52,720 bases of DNA. Source: Chiloscyllium plagiosum. Lineage: Eukaryota. Every line of letters starts with the position of its first letter. The stretch's first letter is position 1. This document shows, piece by piece, positions 39,655 to 51,210 of the stretch. The translations under genes were made by a program, and so were the position numbers. Below the pieces are notes generated by a model. The model was not told the DNA's origin. It was given only the letters and a program-made list of their open reading frames with translations, and did no database searches. The stretch covers positions 7,061,696 to 7,114,415 of the forward strand of contig NC_057750.1 of NCBI RefSeq assembly GCF_004010195.1. Reading direction: 5' to 3'.

Positions 39655-41294
39655 GTACGGTGCAGCCAGGAGGCACTGTTGCCTCACAGTGGGGCTCCAG
39701 TCGCCCGCGGGCTGGAGGGAGGTGGAGGGGTTGTTTTGGGGGACAGGGCCCCCATACGCAGCACTTGCCCACTGGGAAATCTCAGGCGGATACTGGGAAG
39801 TGTGCGGGAATGAGAGGCCTCGGTGGGGGATCAGCGGTGATTGCATTGAACGACAGAGCAGAGTCGATGGGCCGAATGGCCTGATTGTCCTCTTTGGTTA
39901 TCCTGTTTCCTGAAGGCAGATGACAAAACCTCTCCTCAGGAGGAGGAGGACAGGGTGGGGGTTGAGGGGCATTGCGCGGGGGGGTTAAAGTGTGAGAGCG
40001 TCGGTTAAAGCTCCTGGTCTAAGCTGAGCCCCCACTTGGGGAGGGGCTCCCGTTGGCGAGTTGTGTATCTCCCAGCGTCTGACTGTTCAGGAGAGCAATT
40101 TCCTTTTTCTTTTAAATTGTAAATCCCTGAGAGTGGATGTAATTCCCTGCTTCCTGTCAGACACCCAGCGTCAGACTGACCTGGCTCACGCCCCTGAACA
40201 ACTTGCATTTATGTAGTGCCGTCAGATGCAGTGCTTCGCAAATGTTCACCACCATGGCACTGTTGCCAGACTCGCAAAGTTGTGCTCCCTCCACCCCTCC
40301 CTCCCTCCCTCTTTTCTCCCACCTCCCCTTCCTCTCTTCCCCCTCCCCTTTTCCANNNNNNNNNNNNNNNNNNNNNNNNNNNNNNNNNNNNNNNNNNNNN
40401 NNNNNNNNNNNNNNNNNNNNNNNNNNNNNNNNNNNNNNNNNNNNNNNNNNNNNNNNNNNNNNNNNNNNNNNNNNNNNNNNNNNNNNNNNNNNNNNNNNNN
40501 NNNNNNNNNNNNNNNNNNNNNNNNNNNNNNNNNNNNNNNNNNNNNNNNNNNNNNNNNNNNNNNNNNNNNNNNNNNNNNNNNNNNNNNNNNNNNNNNNNNN
40601 NNNNNNNNNNNNNNNNNNNNNNNNNNNNNNNNNNNNNNNNNNNNNNNNNNNNNNNNNNNNNNNNNNNNNNNNNNNNNNNNNNNNNNNNNNNNNNNNNNNN
40701 NNNNNNNNNNNNNNNNNNNNNNNNNNNNNNNNNNNNNNNNNNNNNNNNNNNNNNNNNNNNNNNNNNNNNNNNNNNNNNNNNNNNNNNNNNNNNNNNNNNN
40801 NNNNNNNNNNNNNNNNNNNNNNNNNNNNNNNNNNNNNNNNNNNNNNNNNNNNNNNNNNNNNNNNNNNNNNNNNNNNNTTCCCCCCTTCCCTCCTCCCCCT
40901 CTTCCCCCTTCCCTCTTCCCTCTTCCCTCTCGCCGCCCTCCTCCTCCCTCCCTGACTAGTTTTGTGAATCCTACGCCTTTTACACAGTGTACCGAGTGGG
41001 GCTCTGACTGTGAGGGAGGGAGTGAGGGTAGATGTACCCTCTCTGCGCCTTGAACGAGGAGCTGGGCTCCTGCTGAGATGGAGGAGCCCCTCAGGCGCAG
41101 TAGTTGCTCGTGTGCTGTGTGTGCTCCCTGCTGTCGGCTCCACAGCCAGCACAGCCCCTTTGGGAAAGGAAGGGGCCAACATCGGCTGGGTGGGCCAAAC
41201 AGACCCCACCCCCCCCACCACCCTGTCGCGGGGAGGGAGGGGGGAGTGGAGGGTCAGCGGACGTCGTAACCAACACCTGCTCTTCGTTTCCTAG

Positions 41295-41524
41295 CGCCTG
41301 GGCCTCCACCCCCACCCGGGGGGCCCCCTGCCCCGCCTGGACCCCCACCTGGACCCCCACCTCCCCCGGGGCCACCGCCGCCTCCCGGACCCCCGCCTCC
41401 GCTGTCGGGGAGTGGGCCTCCCCCTGCTCCACCGCTACCGCCCCCTTCTGGCCAGTTGGGGGGTGGTTCCGGAGGCGGTCTCGCTGAGGCCCTGCAGGCA
41501 GCCAAGCTGAAGAAGGTGGCACGG
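41295..41524 (+). CDS. VASP: Ena/VASP exon 6: polyproline (GPPPPP profilin sites, APPLP loading site) and G-actin-binding motif
   Basis: tttcctag acceptor, CGG|gtgagt donor. (A)PGPPPPPGGPPAPPGPPPGPPPPPGPPPPPGPPPPLSGSGPPPAPPLPPPSGQLGGGSGGGLAEALQAAKLKKVAR; phase 1 -> 0. Confidence 0.93.
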
Positions 41525-42080
41525 GTGAGTGATGGGGACGGGTGATGGGGGTGTGGAGCAGGGGTCGGGCGAATGGGGTGAGACAGGAGGTTGGGGAGAG
41601 ACGGTAGGGGTGTGGGGACAGGTGGGGTAAGGGGGGGTGGTGTGTGATGGGGACGGTGGGGGAGGGGGTGTGCATTCGCTGCCAGCGGGGGAGCTTTAGC
41701 GTGGCACTCTCTGCCGTTAAATAATCCACAGTGCGCTGTTGCCGAACCCCCCCCCCCTCTGGATGTTGACTTTGATCAGTTCAGACTCTTTGTACTTGGG
41801 TTTGAGTTGATTTGAGGTCGTTGGGGGGGATGCGTTTGGTGAGGGTTTGGGATTTAGTGGAAACCTATAAAATTCTAACTGGACTAGGCAGACTTGATGG
41901 GCAGAATGGCCTGCCCTGTGCCATATGATTCAATGGGAGCTGAAACAGTGTAACTGGAGGAAATCGGCCAGTTCGATACACCAGACTCTCTGACTAATTC
42001 CTAGGGTGGCTGGCGTGGCATCTGAGGGGAGATACATTCACTGGAAATGTATAGATCCCAATAAAATTTGAACAGGACTA

Positions 42081-42352
42081 GTTTAAGGTGAGAGGGGAAA
42101 GATATAAAAGAGACCTAAGGGGCAACGTTTTCACACGCAAGGTGGTACGTGTATGGAATGAGCTGCCAGAGGAAGTGGTGGAGGCTGGTACAATTACAAC
42201 ATTTAAAAGACATTTGGATGGGTATATGAATAGGAAGGGTTTGGAGGGATATGGGCCGGGTGCTGGCAAATGGGACTAGATTAATTTGGGATACCTGGTC
42301 GGCATGGATGAGTTGGATGTCTGTTTCTGTGCTGTACATCTCTGTGACTCTA
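42081..42352 (+). mobile_element. HER1/CR1 LINE 3' end
   Basis: ORF 42088-42279 WNELPEEVVEAGTITTFKRHLDGYM plus tail. Confidence 0.9.
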
Positions 42353-43279
42353 CGACCGTGTAAAGGCAGGAAGGATGTTCCCAGTGACCAGGGGAGTCCA
42401 GAACCGGGGAGGGAGGGTCACGGTCGAAGGATATGGGAAGGACTGAGATGGGGAGAAACGTCTCCACCCAGAGAGTAGAGGAGCCTGTGGAATTCTCTGC
42501 CACAAAGTGGTTGAGGCCAAAACATTGAATATTTCCAAGGAGTTAGATACAGTTCTGAGGGATAAAGGGATCAAGGGGTATGGGGAAAGAGTGGGAACAG
42601 GAACTTCCTCTTGGTGGGTACTGCTTCCAGGTTAAGGGTTACCACGTTAACTGGCCCAATAGTTCTTCTCATCCAAGTAATCAAAAATTAATTTCTTCAC
42701 TATTGATGCAAAGTCTTGAAGTTAGTTTCGCATTTTCTTAGGGGAAGAAACTGCAAGTGAGAAACTTTCCTTTTTTGTCAAATCTTTGCCCTAAAAAAGA
42801 TCACAATGATCAGCCATGGTCATACTGAATGGCGGAGCCCTGTCAAGGGGCCAAATGGCCTACTGATGCTATTTTGTGTTTTGTTCACAAGTCTTTTAAT
42901 GCTTTATCGCTTTCTAAAAAACAAGATACAGTCGCTGTTGAAGGATAAGTGCACAGCAAGCTCCCACAAACAGTGACAAGGTCAGGGCCCAACCCCCTCC
43001 CCAGTAAATCCAGGGCTGTTGGCCTTGGGGAGGATTTGGGGTCTGAACAGCGGGCAGTGTTCCCGCCCCCTCACCTGTGGTGAGGGGAGCACCTATATCT
43101 GGGATCTTGCTGTGCAGGGTCTGTCAGGGGTGACTGGGGCAATGGGTCTTGGGCAGCAGGAAAGAGCGCTCAGTCTCTCTGAGATGATTCCCCGTTTGGT
43201 GAATTCTAACGTCTCGGCTGTGTATGTCTCTCTCGCACCACCCCACCCCCCCCCCCCCCAACCCCCCACCCCCTCCCAG

Positions 43280-43425
43280 GCTGAGGACAACGCCCGCGCG
43301 AGTGGGAGCTCCAGCCCCCGGAGTGACAGCAACAAGAATAGTGGCGGGGGAGGGGGGGGAGGAGGAGGAGGTGGAGGTGGAGGAGGAGGGCTGATGGAGG
43401 AGATGAGCGCCATGTTGGCACGAAG
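43280..43425 (+). CDS. VASP: Ena/VASP exon 7: poly-Gly linker and F-actin-binding motif
   Basis: cccag acceptor, AG|gtgagt donor. AEDNARASGSSSPRSDSNKNS(G)16LMEEMSAMLAR(R); LMEEMxAMLARR is the EVH2 FAB motif; phase 0 -> 2. Confidence 0.93.
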
Positions 43426-43721
43426 GTGAGTCTCTGGGCTGATCGACAGGGTGGGGCCTTGCGATTTCCTGTCAGGAATTCTACTGCCTGCGGCAGTTCC
43501 AGTTTTTGTCGAGGTGCAGAGCTGCTTATTGCCTGTCCCTACGTTAGGGCGAGGGGTTAATCCAGAGACCCAGGTAACATTCCGGGGATCTGGGTTCAAA
43601 TCCCACCACAGCCGACAGAGCCTGTTGCCTGGGGAGGTGGCCATGTGGGGTGGGGGATGGAAGAGGCTGTGGCCGAGTTGTGGAGGGGGAAGGGGAATGT
43701 GGCCTAGCGGGGCAGGGGGGA

Positions 43722-44129
43722 NNNNNNNNNNNNNNNNNNNNNNNNNNNNNNNNNNNNNNNNNNNNNNNNNNNNNNNNNNNNNNNNNNNNNNNNNNNNNNN
43801 NNNNNNNNNNNNNNNNNNNNNNNNNNNNNNNNNNNNNNNNNNNNNNNNNNNNNNNNNNNNNNNNNNNNNNNNNNNNNNNNNNNNNNNNNNNNNNNNNNNN
43901 NNNNNNNNNNNNNNNNNNNNNNNNNNNNNNNNNNNNNNNNNNNNNNNNNNNNNNNNNNNNNNNNNNNNNNNNNNNNNNNNNNNNNNNNNNNNNNNNNNNN
44001 NNNNNNNNNNNNNNNNNNNNNNNNNNNNNNNNNNNNNNNNNNNNNNNNNNNNNNNNNNNNNNNNNNNNNNNNNNNNNNNNNNNNNNNNNNNNNNNNNNNN
44101 NNNNNNNNNNNNNNNNNNNNNNNNNNNNN
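43722..44129. other. Assembly gap (others at 10867-11368, 18284-18783, 38200-38478, 40356-40877)
   Basis: Runs of N. Confidence 1.
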
Positions 44130-44562
44130 GGCGAGCAGAATTGGCGACCTCTGGACAACGTAGGCTGAGATCAGGAGGGGGTAGTGATTTGGAGGCAAAC
44201 CGAGGGATTTTGAGATCGTCATGGCGCTTAACCAGGAATTGTGGGATTGCTGAGTGAGCCCCAGTGGGAGGGAGGGAGGGAGGTGATATGATGTGAAGCT
44301 TGTTATGGCCTGGTTTGGAGGGAGGGGGCTGTTGGGATGGTAAGGGCTGAATGAATGGGGCATCCATGGGCGAAGTGAAATCTGGAGGGAACTATGGGCC
44401 TGAAGGAAGTTAATTGGCATCGTGTGTGTGTGTGTGTGTGTGAGAACTGATGGCCTCATATGAGTTGGGGGAGGTGTGAGGGGATTGGGTGGGGCTGAGC
44501 AGTCTGCTCTGTATTGAATATCTCTCTGTTTAACCCCGTTGTTTAATGTGTTTTCTCTCCAG

Positions 44563-44608
44563 GAAGACACCAACACAGTCACCAAAGTGACGACGGTGCA
44601 CAGCAGCG
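44563..44608 (+). CDS. VASP: Probable small Ena/VASP exon (exon 9 equivalent)
   Basis: ttttctctccag acceptor, G|gtatgc donor. EDTNTVTKVTTVHSS; phase 0 -> 1 fits the next exon but needs an unseen phase 2 -> 0 exon upstream. Confidence 0.65.
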
Positions 44609-45294
44609 GTATGCTTCAATTCTCCACTTTCAGACACTCTGCTTCCTTGCGTTTTCCCTTGTCCCAGGTTAGGTGGGTGCTGACCGTCTGGGAGGGGGGG
44701 GGGTGGGAAGGGCGTTTCGCACTGATGGGTGGTGCTGAAGGGGGCCCGATCTTATTTGACTGGAGAAGCCACAGCGAAAGACCATTGTTAACAAAAAAAA
44801 AAGATTGCTGGGAAAACTCGGCAGGTCCGTGGAGAGAAAGCAGAGTTGGTCTTTCGGGTCGAGTGAGTATTCAGAAACGTTAACTTTGTTTCCCTCTCTC
44901 CGTCTCCACAGATGCTGCCAGAACTGCTGAGGTTTTCTGAGCAGTTTCTGCTGTTGTTTCTGATTTCCATAATTATAGAACCCCCTGCAGTGCAGGAAGA
45001 GGCTGTTCGGCCCATTGAGTCTGCACCTACCCTCCCATCTTTGTTTGTGAACTGTTTCCCGGGATGAGGGATTTGTCCTTTTTGAGGAAGACGCTGAGTA
45101 ATCTTAGCCAATTCCCTCCAGAGTGTGGAACAATGAAGAGACAGGTCTGAGGATGACTCTGAAAGGGTCAGCATGCAGAGAGGGGAGGGTTGGGGTGGCA
45201 GGGAGAGAGGGGAAGAGAGAGAGGCACAGTCTCTGGATGCAAAGCCGAACATTTCAGACGGACATGAGGGAAAATGTTTTCACTCAGGAGGTCG

Positions 45295-45882
45295 TAGAGA
45301 TGTATCGCACGGAAACAGACCCTTCAATCCAGCCCGTCCATGCCGACCAGATATCCCAATCCGATCTAGTCCCACCTGCCAGCACCCGGCCCATATCCCT
45401 CCAAACCCTTCCTATTCACATACCCATCCAGATGCCTTTTAAATGTTGTAATTGTACCAGCCTCCACCACTTCCTCTGGCAGCTCATTCCATACACACAC
45501 CATCCTTTGTGTGAAAAAGTTGCCCCTTAGGTCTGTTTTAAATCTTTTCTCTCTCCCTCTCACCCTAAATCTATGCCCTCTGGTTCTGGACTCCCCCACC
45601 TCAGGGAAAATACTTTGTCTATTTACCCTATCCATGTCCCTCATGATTTTATAAACCTCTATAAGGTCACCCCTCAGCCTCCGACGCTCCAGGGAAAACA
45701 GCCCCAGCCTGTTCAGTCTCTCCCTCTAGCTCAAACCCTCCAACCCTGGCAACATCCTTGTAAACTTTTTCTGAACCCTTTCCAGTTTCACATCTTTCCG
45801 ATAGGAAGGAGACCAGAATTGTATACAATATTCCAACAATGTCCTGTACAGCCGCAACATGACCTCCCAACTCCTGTACTCC
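45295..45882 (-). mobile_element. HER1/CR1 LINE 3' fragment
   Basis: ORFs 45366-45644 and 45726-45992 carry CR1 C-terminal motifs. Confidence 0.9.
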
Positions 45883-45886
45883 ATAC

Positions 45887-46230
45887 CTGGGTTCAATTCC
45901 AGCCTCTGGCAACTGTCTGTGTGAAGTTTGCACATTCTCCCCGTGTCTGCGTGGATTTTCTCCGGGTGCTCCGGTTTCCTCAAACAGTCCAAAGATGTAC
46001 AGGTCAGGGTGGATTGGCCATGCTAAATTGTCCCATAGTGCCCAGGGATGTGCAGGTTAGGGTGGATTGGCGACGGGAAATAACCCTACATTGTCCAGCT
46101 ATATGTGTAGGTTAGGTGTATCATTCAGGGGAAACATAAAGTAATACGGTAGGGGAATGGGTCTGGGTGGGATACTGTTCGGAGGGTTGGTGTGGACTTG
46201 TTGGGCCGAAGGGCCTGTTTCCACACTGTC
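45887..46230 (+). mobile_element. 5'-truncated HE1-type V-SINE
   Basis: B-box gggttcaattcc, V-domain and tail. Confidence 0.8.
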
Positions 46231-46529
46231 ACATGTTGGATGCAGTTTCAGAGAAACATTGTCTCAGCTGCTCTTGGGCACCCCCAAGTGCTGATTTGAG
46301 GAACAGCAAAGACCCAAGTTTCCTGACTTGGCTCCTCTACTTCATCCACAATATGGACCATCCAGCAGCAATTTTTCCAGATTTCCTTTTGTTTGTTGGA
46401 CAGTCTTATGTTGAGGTCCCAACGGCTCCAATCTTTATTCCACTGCCACCATTTTCAATGCTTCCCCACCCTAACCAGGACCTTGGGGGGTGTTGTAAAA
46501 CGGAGGGACCTAGGGGTTCTGGTTATATA

Positions 46530-47185
46530 ATTCTTTTGAAGTTGCATCACAGGGTGGTTAAGAAGGCATTTAGCGCACCTGCCTTCACTGCTCAGACCTT
46601 TTGAGTGTAGGAGTTGGGATGTCATGTTGCGGTTGTACAGGACATTGGTGAGACCTCTGCTGGAGTACTGTGCCCAGTTCTGGTCGTCCTGCTGTAGGAA
46701 GGATATTATTAAACTGGAGAGGATTCAGAAAAGATCTACCAGGAGGTTGCTAGGAATGGGGCTGTTGGGGGGGAGGTTTGAGTTATAAGAAGAGGCTGGA
46801 TAGGCTGGAGCACTTTTCACTGGAGCGTGGGAGGCTGAGGGGTGACCTTTTATAGAGATTTATAAAATCATGAGGGGAATCAATAAGGTGAATGGCAGGT
46901 GTCTTTTCCCTAGGGTGGGGGTATTGAAGACTTGGGGGGGGCATATTTTTGAAAGAGATTTAAGAAGGACATGAGCAATATTTTCAGTGTGTGGAATGAA
47001 CTTCCAGAGGAAGTGGTGGGTGTGGGTACCGTTACAGGATTTAAAAGGCATTGGGATAAGTATGTGGATAGGAAAGGATTGGAGGGAAATGGGCCAGGAG
47101 CAGATAGGTGGAACTGGTTTAGTTTGGGGACTGTGTTCAGCATGGACTGGGTGGACTGAAGGGTCTCTATGCGTGCTGTATGATT
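46530..47185 (+). mobile_element. Older CR1 LINE 3' fragment
   Basis: LYRTLVRPLLEYC.QFWS..IIKLERIQKR remnant. Confidence 0.8.
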
Positions 47186-47259
47186 AATCTAAAACAATGG
47201 AATCAAATCAAAAATTCTTCGGTGTTTTCTTCACCGTCCTGCCTATCCTGGCAGTGGAT

Positions 47260-47660
47260 GGTGTGGTGGCTCAGTGGTTAGCACTGCAGCCTCACAGCCC
47301 CAGGGTCCCAGGTTCGATTCCAGCCTCTGATGATTCTGCATACTCCACACTGACATTCTCCCCGTATCTGCATGGGTTTCCTCTCTCAGTCCAAAGGTGT
47401 GCAGGATAGGGCAGATTGGCCGTGCTCAATTGCCCCATAGTGTCCAGGGATGTTCAGGCGAAGTGGATTAGCTCTGGGAAATAAGAGGTTATAAGAGTGA
47501 GTCTGGTTGGCCAAATTGCCCCGTAGTGTCCAGGCATGTGTGGGTTAGGTGCATTAGTCAGGGGTAAATGCAGGATAATAGGGGAATGGGTGTGGGTGGG
47601 ATACTGTTCTGAGGGTCAGTGTGGACTTGTTGGGCCAAATGGCCTGTTTACACACTGTGG
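47260..47660 (+). mobile_element. HE1-type V-SINE (degenerate, partly duplicated)
   Basis: gtggctcagtggttagcactgcagcctcacag head and tail. Confidence 0.75.
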
Positions 47661-48284
47661 ATTATCTCCTGGGTGTTGTTCCTGGTGGATGAGTCATGGC
47701 ATTGGATGGGCTGAATGGCCTCTGTGTTTGTGAGTCACCTCCATCAGTCCTGGCCCAGTTGTTTTGTCGGTGGGGGGGGGGGGGGCTTACCAATGGTAAG
47801 CCAGTGAGGGAGGTGGGGCTGGGTGTAAGCCGAAACCCGAGAGGTGCATTGGAGTGGAATATATTTGGGGGAACTGCTTTTCTTCAGGGCTTTCTCGCGC
47901 TCTCTCGGTCTCGCGCTCTCTCTCGCGCTCTTGCTCTTGCTCTCGCCACACTGTGCCGTCCTAGGGCATTGATGAGGGAATGGATGACTGTGTACTGGAA
48001 GCATCTCTGAGGATTTACCTACCTTCCAATCTCTGGCATGAGTGGATTGCTTCCTGAGGAAAGGCTGAACCTGGGTTGATTTTTATTCATTCACAGGATG
48101 AAGGCGTCACTAGCTAGGTCAGCATTTATTGCCCATCCCTAGTTGCCCAGAGGACAGTTAAGAGTCAACCACATTGCTGTGGTCTGGAGTTACGTGTAGG
48201 CCCAGACCAGGTAAGGATGGCAGTTTCATTCCCTGAAGGATATTAGTGACCCAGATGGGTTTCCTGACAATTGTCAATGGATCA

Positions 48285-48806
48285 GAATTCCTACAGTGTG
48301 GAAACAGGCCAAAAGGCCCAACAAGTCCACACCGACCCTCCACAGAGTAACCCATTCCCCCCTACCCTATTTCCCCTGACTAATGCACCTGACCAGCACA
48401 TCCCTGGGCACTATGGGGCAATTTAGCATGGCCAATCCACCCTAACCTGCACATCTTTGGATTGTGGGAGGAAACCCACGCAGACACGGGGAGAACGTGC
48501 AAACTCCACACAGACAGTCGCCCGAGGCTAGAATCGAAACCAGGTCCCTGCTAATATGAAGCAGCAGTGCTAATTGTCTGTGTGGAGTTTGCACATTCTC
48601 CCCGTGTCTGCGTGGGTTTCCTCCGGTTTCCTCCCACAGTCCAAAGATGTGCAGGTCAGGGTGGGTTGGCCGTGTTAAATTGCCCCGTAGTGTTAGGTGC
48701 ATTAGTTAGGGGAATGGGTCTGGGTGGGTTGCTCTTCGGAGGATTGGTGTGGACTTGTTGGGCCGAAGGGCCTGTTTCCATACTGTAGGGAATCTAATCT
48801 AATCTA
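48285..48806. mobile_element. Head-to-head inverted pair of HE1-type V-SINEs
   Basis: - copy at 48285-48572; headless + copy at 48575-48806. Confidence 0.85.
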
Positions 48807-48889
48807 ACCACCATCTGCCATGGCAGGATTCGAACCCGGGTCCCCAGAATGCTCTGGAGTTTAGGAGTCAGAGGTGACGGAATTGAAAT

Positions 48890-49120
48890 ATAGAGTCATG
48901 CAGCACGGAAACAGACTCTTCCGACCAACCTGTCCATGTCAACCAGATATCCCAACCCAATCTAGTCCCGTTTGCCAGCACTTGGCCCATATCCCTCCAA
49001 ACCCTTCCTATTCATATACCCATCCAGATGCCTTTTAAATGCTGTAATTGTACCGGCCTCCACCACTTCCTCTGGCAGCTCATTCCATAGACACACCACC
49101 CTCTGTGTGTAAAAGTTGCA
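48890..49120 (-). mobile_element. HER1/CR1 LINE 3' end
   Basis: WNELPEEVVEAGTITAFKRHLDGYM on the - strand. Confidence 0.88.
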
Positions 49121-49864
49121 CCTAAGATCCTGTGGGGGGGACTTGGCCAGTTGGATGTGGAAAGGGGTTTCCTCTTGAGGGAGAATGTAGGACTGGGAGA
49201 CAGGAAGGGCTGCAGATGCTGGAGGCCGGAGCTGATAGATGGAAGAACACAGCAGTTCAGGCAGCATCTGACCGAAAGGTTGACTCTCCAGCTCCTTGGC
49301 AGCTGTGCTTTTCCAGTTTCATGTCTGGAACGAGGCATCACTGCTTAATAATAAGGGGGCTCCCATTGGAAACAGATGAGGAATTATTTTATTTCTGAGG
49401 ATTATGAGACTCTTTGGAATTCTCCTCCTCCAAAAGCAGCGAGTGCAGAATCTTCAATTATGTTGAAGACTGAGGGAGATCAATTCTTGATGACCGAGGG
49501 AGTGAAAGATTATCGGTGGGAGGATGTCCGGAAATGTGGAGCTGAGGTTAAAATCCGATCAGCCATAATCTTGCTGAATGGGTTACCAGGCTGGAAGGGC
49601 AGAGTGGTGTACCCTTGTTCCTTGTTGGTAACAGTCGACCAATCATCACCCTTTTCGCCACGGTGTAAATTGCTTTGAAATTTGGCATTCTTGCCTGTGT
49701 ATCCTGAGGGGGTGGAGCAAGATGAGACACTTTGGTGTCACGTCTCTCTTAAAGGTGAGTGTTGCCCGGTTTCCGTGGAAACTGTGCACCTTGACTTGAT
49801 TCTCATCGGATAAAGCAGCTCCCAAGTGAAAGGGTGTTCTGATTTTCCTCTCGTTTGTTTTCAG

Positions 49865-49910
49865 AATCGGTGAAGAGACCTTGGGAAAAGCCAACTTCGT
49901 CAGTCTCCAG
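49865..49910 (+). CDS. VASP: Ena/VASP exon (RPWEK motif)
   Basis: tttgttttcag acceptor, AG|gtgagt donor. (E)SVKRPWEKPTSSVS(R) resembles VASP ESVRRPWEKNSTTLPR; phase 1 -> 2. Confidence 0.92.
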
Positions 49911-50465
49911 GTGAGTGTCACATTTGGGTCAGGTGGGAGGAGGGGGGTGAAAGGTCACCTTCAGCTGGTTGTGAAGTGCGGCCATTTTGTCCCCCAGAGA
50001 GCTGTCCTCTGTGGAATTCTGTCTCGCTGAAAGCATTTGAGGCCAAAACGTTTGAACGTTTCCGAGAAGGAATTGGTTACAGTTCTTGCAGACCAAGGGA
50101 TTCAAAGGGTATTGAGGGAACAAGGGACTGAGTTGGATGATTGTGTTGAATGGTGGGGGGCAGACTCAAAGGGGTAGAATGGCCTGTTCCTGTCAGTTGA
50201 CGATGATATTAGGAGGAAGCATAGATCACAGGCTTGGTAGTGTGTGGTTGTCCACATCATCCTCCCGGGGCCCATTACTACATCCATTCCCACCCAGAGC
50301 ATGGCCTGCACAGCCCCACCTGGTAAGATATCAACTTGGTTTATGTTTTGTTGTAGTTTTCTGGATGCAGTCCCTTCACCCAGATCAGGACAATACTCAG
50401 GATTGGGGTGACGAGCAGCAAGTAATATTCATGCCACACAAATGCAAAGCTATGACCATCACCAA

Positions 50466-50669
50466 TAATGTGAAGGTGCCCATGTTGGACTGGGGTGGAC
50501 AAAGTTAAAAATCTCTCAACACCAGGTTACAGTCCGACAGTTTTATTGTGGAAGCACTAGCTTTCAGAGCGTCGCTCCACAACCACCTGATGAAGGAGCA
50601 GCGCTCCGAAAACTAGTGCTTCCAAATAAACCTGTCGGACTAAACCTGGTGTTGAGAGATTTTTAACTT
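50466..50669. mobile_element. Second Penelope-like family: long hairpin with hammerhead-like motif
   Basis: Inverted arms 50502-50578 / 50595-50669; CAC-CTGATGA-A-GGAGCagcGCTCC-GAAAaCTA-GTG at 50584-50618. Confidence 0.72.
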
Positions 50670-50789
50670 CTTCACGAATAAGACAATGTAACCATTGCCC
50701 CTTGACATTCAACGGAGTTTACCGTCACTGAATCCCTCACTATCAACATGCTGAGGGGTTACCGTTGACCAGAAACTCAACTGAACTCA

Positions 50790-51210
50790 CGACAGGATGT
50801 TGCGGGGTATGGAAGGTTTGAGTTGGAAAGAAATGCTGGAATCTTTTTCACTGGAGGGTAGGAGGTTGAGGGGCGACCTGATAGAAGTTTATAAAATAAT
50901 GAGAGGTATAGATAGAGTTGATGGTAGTTGTCTTTCCCTGAAGCTGGGGAATTTCAAGACAAGGGGGTAAGACTAGGAGATTTAAAGACAAGAGAGACAA
51001 ATTGTGATGGTTAGTGTGTGGAATGAACTCTGAGAAAGTGGTGAATTTGAGTGCAATTATAACATTTAAAAGACATTTGGATAAGGACATGAATAGGAAA
51101 GGTTTGGAGGGATATGGGCCAGGAGCAGGCAGGTGGGGCTAGTTTGGTTTGAGATTATGGTCAGCATGAACTGGCTGGGCCGAAGGGTCTCTCTTTGCCG
51201 ACTGTATGAC
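50790..51210 (+). mobile_element. CR1 LINE 3' fragment
   Basis: RLRGDLIEVYKIMRGIDRV remnant and tail. Confidence 0.8.

Noticed and set aside
41254..41505. Antisense Gly-rich ORF (and the antisense ORF 31302-31667)
   Set aside because: Shadow frames of real VASP exons.
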